From contig NC_043000.1 of the NCBI RefSeq assembly GCF_006345805.1, forward strand, positions 126,976,001 to 127,040,000: DNA of 64,000 bases, in the 5' to 3' direction. Below, one piece after another: positions 54,757-64,000 of the stretch. Each line of letters opens with the position of its first letter. Position 1 is the first letter of the stretch. The position numbers and the translations under genes are program-made. Origin of the DNA: Octopus sinensis. Its lineage: Eukaryota. The notes under the pieces were generated by a model, which was not told where the DNA came from, made no database searches, and was given only the letters and a program-made list of their open reading frames with translations.

Positions 54757-55946
54757 TTGAAAAATACCTTAGGAATGAGAACCCAGGTTTGAAATTTCCC
54801 CAAGACACCTGATGCGGGGTATATCAGCCGAAACGTGTTAACAACAAACAAGATGAGGACAAATATCTGTTGAATGTAAATAATGTACATAATTCCTCAT
54901 CTCTTAAACATAGAACTGCATTTGCACATTAATTTCACAAGCAGATCGTTCCATTGAACTGTCAAAGTACTAGTCAATATAACATGGAATCCTCCATGAT
55001 CATGGCAGATGAGGAAGTATCTCATGTAGTTGGGAACTGGCTAGGAGATGGTTTAGAAGGTCAACTGGAGTGACTTGAGCAAAAACCAACAAAAGGCAGA
55101 TGCATACTTGACCTGACCCAACCAATATATAAACACAATTTACTCACCCGATAATTTATGCTGCAGCTCGGCCTGAGATTCAAGACAACATTGGTTACTT
55201 ATGGTATTTCCTGTTTTTAAGACTGATGCCAAGGGAACTTCATATTTTTCTATTTCCACTTTAAGTTTCTAAAAAAAAAAAACATAGTGATCAACCTTAC
55301 CAACTTGAAATTTTAAACAAATATGGAGAAAGAAAGTTGATTAATCCTTTAGCATTTAACACTTTTGATACCAACCCGGCTGAAACCGGCTTGGCTCTGT
55401 AGTGCAAATGTCTTGTTTTCAAAAGTTTTGAATTAAAATTTTCCACCAAACCTTAGTCACAATTTATGTTCCTAACACTAGATTAATGATAACTAAGTTA
55501 TTTTAGTAAATTCTTTGTTATATTTAAAGTAATTGAAAGAAACACAGAGCATCTCAAAATAAATACAGTAACGAGAGGGTTAAGCAGGCATTATTCAGCC
55601 CAAATTTTCTACCAGTTTTGTGTTCAAATCAGCCAGATCTGGCCTCGCACACCTACTCTACAATATGAAGCTAACATAAGCAATCACATCTTCGAAATCA
55701 CAAAGTTACAAGATAACACATGATTTAATCCAAACCTATGTGAATAAAAAGGCACACATTTGACAGAGTAATCTGAATACTAAGGGGTAGGAGTGGCTGT
55801 GAGGTAAGTAGCTTGCTTATCAATCACATGGTTCTGGGTTCAGTCCCACTGCATGGTACCTTGGGCAAGTGTCTTCTACTATAGCCTCGGGCTGACCAAA
55901 GCCTTGTGAGTGGATTTGGTAGATGGAAACTGAAAGAAGCCCGTCG

Positions 55947-55979
<33 letters not shown>

Positions 55980-58399
55980 GTGTGTGTATATGCTTGTGTG
56001 TCTGTGTTTGTCCCCACCCCCAACATCGCTTGACAACTGATGCTGGTGTGTTTACATCCTCCTAATGTAGCAGTTCGGCAAAAGAGACTGATAGAATAAG
56101 TACTAGGCTTCCAAAGACTAAGTCCTGGGGTCGATTTGCTCAACTAAAGGCGGTGCTCCAGCATGGCCACAGTCAAATGACTGAAACAAGTAAAAGAATG
56201 AAAGATTAAAAGAGGGTCAACAAACAAAATGTTAACTCTTTCATTATCATATTTATAAAGAAATACATTCTGTCCATTTCAATTCATTTTGAAAATAATG
56301 AAGGCTTGAGTAAAATTTGTCATTTTTAGGGTGGTGTTTAGAACATAACATGAAACTCTGATGGAAGTTTTTAATTGATGCCACTTTAAAACAGAAAGTT
56401 TGCTTCAAAGCACCAGTGGCAGTCTCAAAAGGGTCAGTATCAAAAGAGTTAAAATTATCAGGATAACTTAAATGTGTTTAATTCAGTATTTGTTTTAAAT
56501 GAATATATAACAGATATTTTTTAGTGTTACTGATGTATGCAACATACAGGTGTATAAACTTTTCATATACATGAGGTTTATCAGTAGTGTAAATTTATGT
56601 CTTGTTAAATATATATAAATATTTATTTTATTGCATGAGTGTATGTGTGTAGGTGCACACACACATGTGTGTGTATATATATATATATATATATCTTGAT
56701 TTGTTTTTTTTATATCATTTAATTTACATTATATAATGTTATGACTCTATATTTGATATAATTCCATTCAATATATTTAAATATATTTAAATTTATTGAG
56801 AAATTTGTTAAACTTTGCACAAATATGTTTTCATTGTTTTTGTGAAATATTACACACACTCATACACATATGTATGTTATGTATACATGTATGAATGTAT
56901 AAATGTGTGTGTATATATATACATACACACATACATACGTACACCAACACACATAGGTATATTATGTATATATGTATGGATGTATAAGTGTGTGTGTGTT
57001 TATGTATATACATATATATATATATACACACACACACATATGCAAATATGTATGTGTATGTATGTAGGACGGTATGCAGTAATAAAGCCTAAAACTATAT
57101 GGCAATCATACACTTTTCCAAAAAAATAATGTAGGTGTCATTACCTTGATGCCTTCCTTTTGACCTTCAGTTGATAAATGGTTCAAGCTGAATGTCTGGA
57201 ATCTCTGGATATCCAGCTCGGTGTTCTGTAACCATCGTGTTGTGTCCTCCATGTCTTTGTTAAGAGAGATTCTTTCAGAATGGTATTTCTGCCACCTTTC
57301 TAACATCTGAACTAAACTCTCCAGCATGTTTGGATAAATAGTTTTGATGTCAGCCAGCCATTTCTTCAGTTGCTTGTGAACCTGGCTCTTTGCAGAAATG
57401 TTTTTCAGTAATATTTTGCCATTCTGACATAACTGGGTTATAGGGGCTTCTTCCTTCTTCATTTCAATTTCCAGATTCTATTGACAGAATAATGGTTAGT
57501 AGTTACACATTGTAAAAATAATGATTTCAAATTTTTGCACAAGGCCAACAATTTCAAGGGAGTAAGTCGATTACATCAACCCAAATAGTCAACTGGTACT
57601 TATTTTGTCAACCCCGAAAGAATGAAAGGCGAAAAATCAGCCTTGGCGGAATTTGAATTCAGAACATAAGGCAGACAAAATACCTATTTCTTTACTACCC
57701 ACAAGGGGCTAAACACAGAAAGGACAAACAAGGACAGACAAACGGATTAAGTTGATTATATCGACCCCAGTGCGTAACTGGTACTTATTTAATCAACCCG
57801 AATAGGATGAAAGGCAAAGTCGACTTCGGTGGAATTTGAACTCAGGACGTAGTGGCAGACAAAATACTGCTTAGCAATGTTACCTGGTGTGCTAATGATT
57901 CTGACAGTTCACTGCTGTACTTATTGTAAAGAAGAAAAAAGTATTGAAAAGACTATAAACAACAAAAACATACATTCAACACGAAACTTCTAATCCATCA
58001 CACAGTTTAACACCTCTACGTGATCCTTAGATGTCTTTAACAAAATATACTTTGTTACCAGCATTCAGGCTAGATCTTTGGTTTGAGGATGTCTTCCTCT
58101 TCCCACACATTATCCTTGGAAACCCTCTAAAGGGTCAGAGGCATATCTTTTCCTTCTGATTGATTGATGAAGAAAATGAAATAAATACACAAGAACATAC
58201 TCTTTACTCTTTTACTTGTCTCAGTCATTTGACTGCAGCCATGCTGGAGTACAGCCTTTAATCAAGCAAATCGACCCCAGGACTTAGTCTTTGGAAGCCT
58301 AGTACTAATTCTATTGGTCTCTTTTGCCAAACCGCTAAGTTACGGGGATGTAAACACACCAGCATCGGTTGTCAAGCGATGTTAGGAGGACAAACATAG

Positions 58400-58430
<31 letters not shown>

Positions 58431-59339
58431 CATATACATATATATATGACAGGCTTCTTTCAGTTTCCATCTACCAAATCCACTCACAAGGCTTTGGTTG
58501 GCCCGAGGTTATAGTAGAAGACACTTGCCCAAGGTGCCATGCAGTGGGACTGAACCCAGAACCATGTGGTTGGTAAGCAAGCTACTTACCATACAGCCAC
58601 TCCTGGAAAGCCAACTTAATTATAATTTTCAGTATTATGGATCACAATCATAGCTTTTAAGGTAAATTAAATGATGAACAGTGATTGCTGTTGTTACTTT
58701 TAGCAACAGGTAAGAAGTACAGAACCAAACCATAGCTGTTCCTCATGAATGAATATAATTTGGTAACATGTCTCATGGTTATGATAACAGGCCCCTGACA
58801 GATGGCTAGACCTGGCAGTAACTGCTATCCAAGTGCCCAAGACTGAGACAGATAGAGACCTCTCATTGCTTCTCAACCACATAATGGCTTGCTGGTCATT
58901 TGGAATAAATGGTAAAGTTTGGAATATTTTAAAATAAAAATCAGTCCAGGGAACTACAATAAAATACCCCAAGACACCTAATAGTTGAAAAATAAGGCAA
59001 AAATATCCACTCAATATCACGTTCTCATCCCCAGCATTTATGTTACTCTGGACCTGTTTTGTCTGGCACTCTGAAAACAGGAATAGAGGAATGGGAGCTC
59101 TTAGTGAAAGGTGATGTATATGTATGTATCTTTTCTTCCTGCACAGTCTGTCTCATTCTCTCATATACGTGTATTTCAAAGGGCCAGCCTTGTCACATGG
59201 GTACCTGTGTTTGTATAGTGTTCAACCATTTGCATGTTAATTTCATGGGTAGGCTGTTTGGTCGATAATATCAACTGGAACACTTGTTGTAACCACGGAG
59301 AATCAGGCCCACATATAAACATATATTATCCATACATAC

Positions 59340-59397
<58 letters not shown>

Positions 59398-59436
59398 TAA
59401 GTTCAGCAAAATTTAGATTCAAATTTTGCTGAAGTA

Positions 59437-59484
<48 letters not shown>

Positions 59485-59670
59485 TCATCATCGTTTAACA
59501 TCTGTTTTCCAAGCTAACATGGGTCGGATGGTTCAACTGGGGTCCGGGAAGACAGGAGGCTGCACCAGGCTCCAGTCTGATCTAGCAGTGTTTCTACGGC
59601 TGGATGCTCTTCCTAACACCAACCACTCTGTGAGTGTAGTGGGTGCCAGGGGAGGCTGGCAGCGATATAT

Positions 59671-59744
<74 letters not shown>

Positions 59745-60392
59745 CAGATAGATAGATAGACCTATATATATAGATAGCCACATAGATATTTTCCAGAGGA
59801 GAAAAAGAGAAAATGGGACATTATTACATGAAATAAAATATGAATTAAGACTGGACGAAAACCACCACCTTTTGGTCAAGTTTATATAAATTCAATCATT
59901 TGAACAGTAAACTTATCGCTTTTGCAAACACTTGATTCTTAATTTGAATGCATGCAGTTTAACTGTAGTGATCAAACAAAGATACAGTATATATATCCAA
60001 CATAAAATGACAATAGATTTTTGTAATTATTCAAGAAACCAAGTTTAGAAACATCATTTCTCTCAGCAATTGTTAGATATTATAATTTTTATTGCTGGAT
60101 TATTCAGAGAGAATTGTATTACCAATAATTTTGGCTGATATAAAAACTATCCTTTATTTCTTCTTGTTTTAGAAAGGCTTCACTATATCTATCTATATTT
60201 ATAAAACAGTTAAAAATTTCTGGTGTCATTCACTTCAGTTTGATTAGGCAATAAACTCAATTACAAAGTGAAAGTAACCTGATTTCAATTTTGGATTTTC
60301 TTTATTTTGAATGATTTATCTTATAGTTTATAATATGGGACATGGTGTTATAAGAGAAACACATTCCTACATTTCTACAGACCCATATGCTA

Positions 60393-60458
<66 letters not shown>

Positions 60459-63400
60459 AAACACACACACACATTCAAGGCACTCCATTGGTTATCACAA
60501 AGATTTCAGTTGATCTGATAAATGAAACAGCCTGCTACTGAAAATTAATGTGCAAGTGGCTGAGTATTCCACAGACATGTACATCCTTAACGTAGATCAT
60601 AGGAAGATTCAGTGTGGCACAGAATGTGACAAGGTCGACCCTTTGAATTACAGGTACAACTCATTTTTGCCAGTGAGCTGACCGGAGCAATATGAAATAA
60701 AGTTTCTTGATTAAGGAAATGTGCTACCAGGAATTGAACTTATGACTTTAGGATTGTTAGCCAAATACCCTCACCACAAAGCAAAATACCTTCACTATAC
60801 ATATACATACCCTCTCAAAGAGTTACAATGCTCTATGCCTACCTTTTCCCCATCCTTACAGCCTACCTCACCTTATCGTCTTTCTTGTCCTCCCCCCATC
60901 AGCTGTATCATTACTATCCTACTGCTCTCTCCCCACCTGCATTCCTCTATCCTCCTCCAACCCTGAAACCCTATTCAATTTTTACAGTTGCAGGTTGTCT
61001 CCCCATCCTCTTATCTCCTGTTCCCCATACAAACTTGCAATGCTCTCCCCCACATGTCTACTCACATTGGTTCTTGAGAGGCCACCTGCATGCCTCAACC
61101 CTAATACCTGTTCCTTAGAAGCTCCTACTAATAATTCTCTCCCTCTACTACAAGAACCTGCTCTGTTCCCAGTCGCTCAATCATAATTTAATCCCTCATC
61201 CCCATGTCCTCCAGGCTCATAGTCTTGCAAGGTGCATGACAACCACATTATTGCTGGTGCACAAAAAATGCACCCAAGACATGGCATAAAGTAGTTAGTG
61301 TTAGGAAGGGCATCAAGCTGTGGAAACCATGTCAAACAGATACTGGAGTATGATGCAGTTTTCAGCCCATCAGATCCTGTCAATGCATCTAAACAATGTC
61401 AGCATGAAATATGGACATTAAATGATATGATGGGCTTCTTTCAGTTTTCATCTACCAAATCCACTCACAAGGCTTTGTTGATGACAGAAACCAGACAGAA
61501 ATGAAGGCAGCGAGCTGGCAGAAGCGTTAGCACATCAGGCAAAATGCTTAGTGGCATTTCATCTGTCTTAACGTTCTTAGTTCAAATTCTGCTGAGGTCA
61601 ACTTTGCTTTTCATCCTTTTGGGGTTGATAAATTAAGTACCGGTTATATACTGGGATAGATGTAATCGATTTAATCCCTTTATCCTTGTTTGTCCCCTCT
61701 ATGTTTAGCCCCTTGTGGGCAATAAAGAAATAAGAAACCGGAAAAGAGCAAAAGAATAAAGATGACGATGAGGATGGTGGTGACAATGATGATGATGGTG
61801 GTGGTGATGGTAGTTGTGGTGGTGGTGGTGGTGATGATGGTTGTAGCGATGATGATAATAATGGTGTTAAAGTAATGATAATGATGGTGGTGGTAGTGTT
61901 AGTGACAAAGATGATGGTGAGGATGACAAAGATGTTGGTGATGATGATGACAATGATATAACTGGTGAAGATGATGATGACAATGATGACAACAACGATG
62001 ATATAGGAAATAAGATGAGATTACTTACTTTGATATCGTTCACCCGTTTGTTGGCGTCACTGACCAGATAGGAAATATTGTTATCTTGACTAGAAATATG
62101 ATTGGACATTTCTTTGAGCCAGGCCAATATTCCGTCGACTTGGTTTTTGAATTCTTGAATCGACTGATCATTGGTACTAGTGGCAAATAGCTGCTTATTG
62201 GCTCTTGTGACCAATTCATCACACTTTTTCTCTGCAGATCTAGATAACAAGAGATTTTTTTGAATTATATTTTCAGCAAACTGATTGCAGTCAATTTGGT
62301 TGGATGGCTTGAAGATAAAATGCTAGCTTAGGATGTTTTATAGTGTATTGCATGGTTCAGTGAATTATAGTTCTGAATTGTGTAACGGTTAATTGTGAAT
62401 GAGTTTAATCTGTCCAGTATCAATAAGATATGTATGGAAAAGAAAGGAAGTTAGAAAGAAGAGGGGAGAAAAAGAGTGAAAGGTGGAGAAAGAGTAAAGG
62501 AGAGAGGAGATGAATAAGAGAGGGTGAAAGAGAAAAATCAAGGGAGGAGGAGGAAATGAATAAGAGAGAGTGAAAGAGAAAAGCAAGGAGATAAAGAAGT
62601 TGATTAAATGAGAAAGAGCAAAAGAGTATAAGCAGGGTGATATAAAAGAGAGAGGGAAGCATAATGGAAAGAAGTAAACATGATATAGAGAGAGGGAGTG
62701 TGATTAAAAACATGCAAGAATAGAATTTTAAATGATGCAATGAGGGAAGAGAGAGAGAGACATATAGTCAAACGAATAAGAATGGATGATGAGATATAGA
62801 GAAAAATGAAATATAGAGGTAGGTTATATTTATTTTGCTGGAACGGTGTAACAGTTAAGGATTCAATATGCGACCTGGATACAGTGACAGACATTGAGTA
62901 ATAGGTGATATGAGTCAGTGGGAGGGGGTGTTTGCAAACAGGATTCTTGCGATAAAACAGTATAACATATAGTAATGTGCGCATGTAGATGTGTGTCCAA
63001 AATAGTGGGACATAAAAGTTGACAAGAATAGATTAATAGAAATATCATAGCAAATATGTAACACATGGTAGAGAACAAAAAGAGACTGTGACATACGAGG
63101 TGGGGCTGAAAAGTTTCTGGCTTTGGGTAAAAGAAAATACAGGAGGATCAATTTACTCGCTTTACTCTTTTACTTGTTTCACTCATTTGACTGTGGTCAT
63201 GCTGGAGCACTGCCTTTAGTCGAGCAAATTGACCACAGGACTTATTCTTTGTAAGCCTAGTACTTATTCTATCGGTCTCTTTTGCCGAACCGCTAAGTTA
63301 TGGGGACATAAACACACCAACATCGGTTGTCAAGCAATGTTGGGGGGACAAACACAGACACACAAACACACACACACATATATATATATACATAGAAACG

Positions 63401-63967
63401 ACAGGCTTCTTTCAGTTTCTGTCTGCCAAATCCACTCACAAAGCTTTGGTTGGCCCGAGGCTACAGTAGAAGACACTTGCCCAAGGTTAATTATGATTTT
63501 ATTAAACACCAGCATCGGTTGTCAAGCGATGTTGGTGGGGACAAACACAGACACACACATATATATGCATAAACAATGGGCTTCTTTCAGTTTCTGTCTG
63601 CCAAATCCACTCAGAAGGCTTTGGTCAGCCTGAGGCTATAGTAGAAGACACTTGCCCAAGGTTAATTAGGATTTTATCAAACATATTCCCCTCTCAGATT
63701 CACACACTTATTGTAGTGGTCTTTCAGTTTTTCTAAGCCTTGTAAAAGAACTCAGAAGGCTGGGCTTCCAACCAGGCTTTTCATGATGCCCCTAAAGCCA
63801 GCACCCCTTCGTAGAAGAGACCGTTGTTATTTTGTGAGTGATACTCACCTGACTTTGTCATCCACCAGTTGTACATCATGGCTGCTGAGTGTTTTAGTGA
63901 TAGTTTCCTGTTTAGATTTAATTTGTTTCAGCTTGTTGCTGCTTGACTCAAGTTTATGTGATAGTTT
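17148..63967 (-). CDS. SYNE1: Partial multi-exon gene: giant spectrin-repeat protein, nesprin-1/MSP300-like (18 exons, 1,188 codons in window)
   Basis: 18 exons with AG/GT ends whose phases chain into one open frame (3,564 nt). The translation shows repeated spectrin helix-A W/L motifs ([55 protein letters not shown]). The divergent repeats fit nesprins better than spectraplakins, but no CH or KASH domain is in the window, so the symbol is tentative; the confidence value applies to that identity. Confidence 0.6.
17640..18060. repeat. Tandem array, 100-bp period, ~4 units, derived from SINE family B
   Basis: agggc anchor recurs in the decamers starting at 17721, 17821, 17921 and 18021. Confidence 0.9.
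18336..18722 (-). mobile_element. SINE family A copy
   Basis: Same consensus as the other family-A copies. Confidence 0.85.
20755..21058 (-). mobile_element. SINE family C (tRNA-like head ggcgcaatggcccagtggttagggcag); other copies at ~30735-31125, 37600-37852 and 53245-53540
   Basis: A/B-box-like head on the minus strand and a shared body. Confidence 0.8.
21118..21292 (-). CDS. Exon 17 ([10 protein letters not shown]...TVEWLQD...GEKTK), absent from the ORF track
   Basis: catttaatag acceptor, AAG|gtaatt donor; 175 nt, phase 2 to 0. Confidence 0.92.
23634..23857. mobile_element. piggyBac-type MITE
   Basis: TTAA-ccctttt...aaaagg-TTAA; internal similarity to 56232-56452. Confidence 0.65.
24566..24711 (-). 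CDS. Exon 16 ([10 protein letters not shown]...FTERYE)
   Basis: ggttttgcag acceptor, AG|gtatga donor; 146 nt, phase 0 to 2. Confidence 0.92.
29758..29910 (-). CDS. Exon 15 ([10 protein letters not shown]...QYDTVK), absent from the ORF track
   Basis: ttcttgtttacag acceptor, AAG|gtaaga donor; 153 nt open, phase 0 to 0; contains an internal in-frame ACT|gtaagt donor-like site at 29800. Confidence 0.88.
31150..31680 (-). mobile_element. 3' end of a CR1/L2-group LINE, decayed
   Basis: [35 protein letters not shown] followed by [19 protein letters not shown], then a 3' tail ending in aaaagaata. Confidence 0.8.
31799..31981 (-). CDS. Exon 14 ([10 protein letters not shown]...VNQRWNSIK...YKILM), absent from the ORF track
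   Basis: cttcctctgtag acceptor, ATG|gtaagt donor; 183 nt open, phase 0 to 0. Confidence 0.92.
32030..32400. repeat. Long (TA)n/(TATG)n microsatellite (one of many; others at 7612-7830, 8080-8420, 59340-59770)
   Basis: Direct reading. Confidence 0.95.
34983..35102 (-). CDS. Exon 13 ([21 protein letters not shown]...ISQTD), absent from the ORF track
   Basis: tttttttcaag acceptor (AAG), GAC|gtaagc donor; 120 nt open, phase 0 to 0; supplies the helix A missing between exons 12 and 14. Confidence 0.85.
36996..37208 (-). CDS. Exon 12 ([10 protein letters not shown]...QWKDFQ)
   Basis: cgttatttcag acceptor, CAG|gttagt donor; 213 nt, phase 0 to 0. Confidence 0.92.
38618..38932. mobile_element. hAT-type MITE (38626-38924) with 8-bp TSD
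   Basis: TSD accaggac / accatgac (7/8 match); termini cagaggcagac...gacccaccactg. Confidence 0.65.
39397..39573 (-). CDS. Exon 11 ([10 protein letters not shown]...QLEEHK)
   Basis: ttatttctag acceptor, AAG|gtattt donor; 177 nt, phase 0 to 0. Confidence 0.92.
39676..40012 (+). mobile_element. SINE family B ((GAT)n tail; gcatgtaaaaagcacc repeats); other copies at ~10935-11385, 19105-19585, 26354-26597, 40235-40445, 42960-43170 and 59482-59645(-)
   Basis: Shared ggaagggcatccagctgtagaaac...ccaacccatgc.agcatggaaa..gacgttaaacgatgat. Confidence 0.8.
41973..42110 (-). CDS. Exon 10 ([10 protein letters not shown]...LEVKIL)
   Basis: ctaccatactag acceptor, CTG|gtaagt donor; 138 nt, phase 0 to 0. Confidence 0.9.
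42598..42827. repeat. Imperfect inverted repeat (arms ~80-100 bp, spacer ~48 bp)
   Basis: Core arms match at 33/39 positions and all mismatches are transitions. Confidence 0.7.
43227..43553 (-). CDS. Exon 9 ([10 protein letters not shown]...ISQKYQ)
   Basis: cccaattcag acceptor, CAG|gtaagt donor; 327 nt, phase 0 to 0. Confidence 0.93.
43851..44113 (+). mobile_element. tRNA-headed, hammerhead-bearing non-autonomous retroelement, copy A
   Basis: A box TGGCGTAGTGG (43864-43874), B-box-like GAGTTCAATT, (AAT)n, then gacac-CTGATGA-a-ggctga-agggtata-tcagct-GAAAT-GTT-gtgtt (44018-44063). Confidence 0.75.
46269..46623 (-). mobile_element. SINE (46280-46612) with 11-bp TSD ttgtcaaatgt, inserted into a 54043-family MITE
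   Basis: Identical 11-mers at 46269-46279 and 46613-46623; tRNA-like head at the right end. Confidence 0.75.
47122..47427 (-). CDS. Exon 8 ([10 protein letters not shown]...KVNKYK)
   Basis: tgtatgatatag acceptor, AAG|gtttgt donor; 306 nt, phase 0 to 0. Confidence 0.92.
49588..49771 (-). CDS. Exon 7 ([10 protein letters not shown]...LLLHYK)
   Basis: ttttgttttcag acceptor; 184 nt, phase 2 to 0; donor AAG|gtagaa, with an in-frame alternative GAA|gtaaat 6 nt further (exon end 49582). Confidence 0.88.
51421..51720 (+). mobile_element. SINE family A copy, interrupted at the 3' side by (TA)n and a PLE remnant
   Basis: Same consensus as the other family-A copies. Confidence 0.8.
51817..51958 (+). 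mobile_element. 5'-truncated PLE-terminus remnant (same family as 6700-6806) within (TA)n
   Basis: Shares gatttccacc.cggcatc.gaaac.cggag.ttat.atggctaccgaataattgtcacatattacattt with 6738-6806; (TA)n on both sides. Confidence 0.7.
52487..52629 (-). CDS. Exon 6 ([10 protein letters not shown]...LNSKTT)
   Basis: tctcttttcag acceptor, AG|gtatga donor; 143 nt, phase 0 to 2. Confidence 0.92.
52819..53024 (-). CDS. Exon 5 ([10 protein letters not shown]...QVEEYQ)
   Basis: tctattccag acceptor, CAG|gtaagc donor; 206 nt, phase 1 to 0. Confidence 0.92.
54039..54266. mobile_element. piggyBac-type MITE with TTAA target-site duplication
   Basis: TTAA-ccctttatcatt...aatgctaaaggg-TTAA (11/12 TIR match). 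Confidence 0.8.
54354..54918 (+). mobile_element. tRNA-headed, hammerhead-bearing element, copy B, with 5' inverted terminal segment and a nested SINE fragment
   Basis: 54354-54447 is the reverse complement of 54791-54887; A box at 54473-54483, B box GAGTTCGATTCC at 54516-54527; family-B SINE piece at ~54580-54700 inside the (AAT)n tract. Confidence 0.75.
55148..55268 (-). CDS. Exon 4 ([10 protein letters not shown]...LQHKLS), absent from the ORF track
   Basis: polyT-ag acceptor, G|gtgagt donor; 121 nt, phase 0 to 1, supplying the phase change needed between exons 3 and 5. Confidence 0.9.
55341..55788. mobile_element. piggyBac-type MITE (54043 family) with a second MITE nested at an internal TTAA (55356-55583)
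   Basis: ttaatcctttagcat-TTAA-[cacttttgatacc...gtaacgagaggg]-TTAA, after which the host MITE resumes and ends gaatactaagggg. Confidence 0.7.
55789..56200 (+). mobile_element. SINE family A (tRNA-like head, internal (TA)n/(TG)n, aaaagaat tail), near full length
   Basis: Many ~80-90% similar copies in the window (by eye). Confidence 0.85.
56232..56452. mobile_element. piggyBac-type MITE
   Basis: TTAA-ctctttcatta...tatcaaaagag-TTAA. Confidence 0.65.
57145..57477 (-). CDS. Exon 3 ([10 protein letters not shown]...QKEGIK)
   Basis: ctgtcaatag acceptor, AAG|gtaatg donor; 333 nt, phase 0 to 0. Confidence 0.93.
58201..58604 (-). mobile_element. SINE family A copy
   Basis: Reverse complement of 55789-56200. 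Confidence 0.85.
61505..61740 (+). mobile_element. SINE family D (head ggcagcgagctggcagaa; core ttgctttcatccttttggggttgataaattaagtacc, resembling a Meta/MESC-type domain); minus copies at ~9985-10200 and 57540-57915
   Basis: Repeated throughout the window; the domain assignment is from memory of the consensus. Confidence 0.7.
62029..62239 (-). CDS. Exon 2 ([10 protein letters not shown]...KRVNDIK)
   Basis: ttgttatctag acceptor, AAA|gtaagt donor; 211 nt, phase 2 to 0; lies within ORF 61867-62250. Confidence 0.92.
63094..63813. mobile_element. Tc1/mariner-type MITE with TA TSD, interrupted by a family-A SINE
   Basis: TA-cgaggtggggctg...cagcaccccttcg-TA; SINE sequence at ~63160-63660 inside. 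Confidence 0.7.
63849..63967 (-). CDS. Spectrin-repeat gene exon 1 in window ([10 protein letters not shown]...LVDDKV)
   Basis: tttaactttgcag acceptor, AG|gtgagt donor; 119 nt, phase 0 to 2, matching the next exon. Confidence 0.88.
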
Positions 63968-64000
63968 CTGCAAAGTTAAAGAAAATAGCAACATATAAAT

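Noticed and set aside
58700-59020. 106-aa minus-strand ORF as an extra exon
   Set aside because: No spectrin character or donor; exons 2 and 3 join cleanly.
1217-60541. Dozens of YI/IY, HT, CV, poly-L/N/K/R/Y ORFs (e.g. 7612, 9012, 20058, 32020, 33209, 60311)
   Set aside because: They are translations of di- and trinucleotide microsatellites.
62231-62234. Alternative CAG acceptor in exon 2
   Set aside because: It would be out of phase with the upstream phase-2 donor.
4744-63633. Recurrent ORFs ...[17 protein letters not shown] and ...[17 protein letters not shown]
   Set aside because: They are frames through SINE families A and B, not genes.

Overview
AT-rich, microsatellite- and SINE-dense eukaryotic DNA; the repeat landscape resembles an octopod cephalopod genome (inference, not verified). 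One large minus-strand gene occupies 17,148-63,967. I could chain 18 GT-AG coding exons with matching phases into a 3,564-nt (1,188-codon) open frame made of divergent spectrin repeats, most like a nesprin-1/MSP300-type giant protein; neither terminus is in the window. The introns and left flank hold several SINE families, TTAA-flanked piggyBac-type MITEs, a mariner MITE, a hAT MITE, CR1-like and R4/Dong LINE remnants, and a 3.6-kb 5'-truncated Penelope-like element with an open GIY-YIG ORF. The main hidden signal is non-coding: at least five sequence-distinct families of minimal type I hammerhead-ribozyme motifs. These include one with an unusually long (86-nt) stem II, a head-to-head inverted pair, and a two-copy element that joins a tRNA-like Pol III head to a hammerhead-bearing Penelope-type terminus. 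A decayed partial duplicate of the last visible exon is also present. All structures were read by eye; no searches or folding programs were run.
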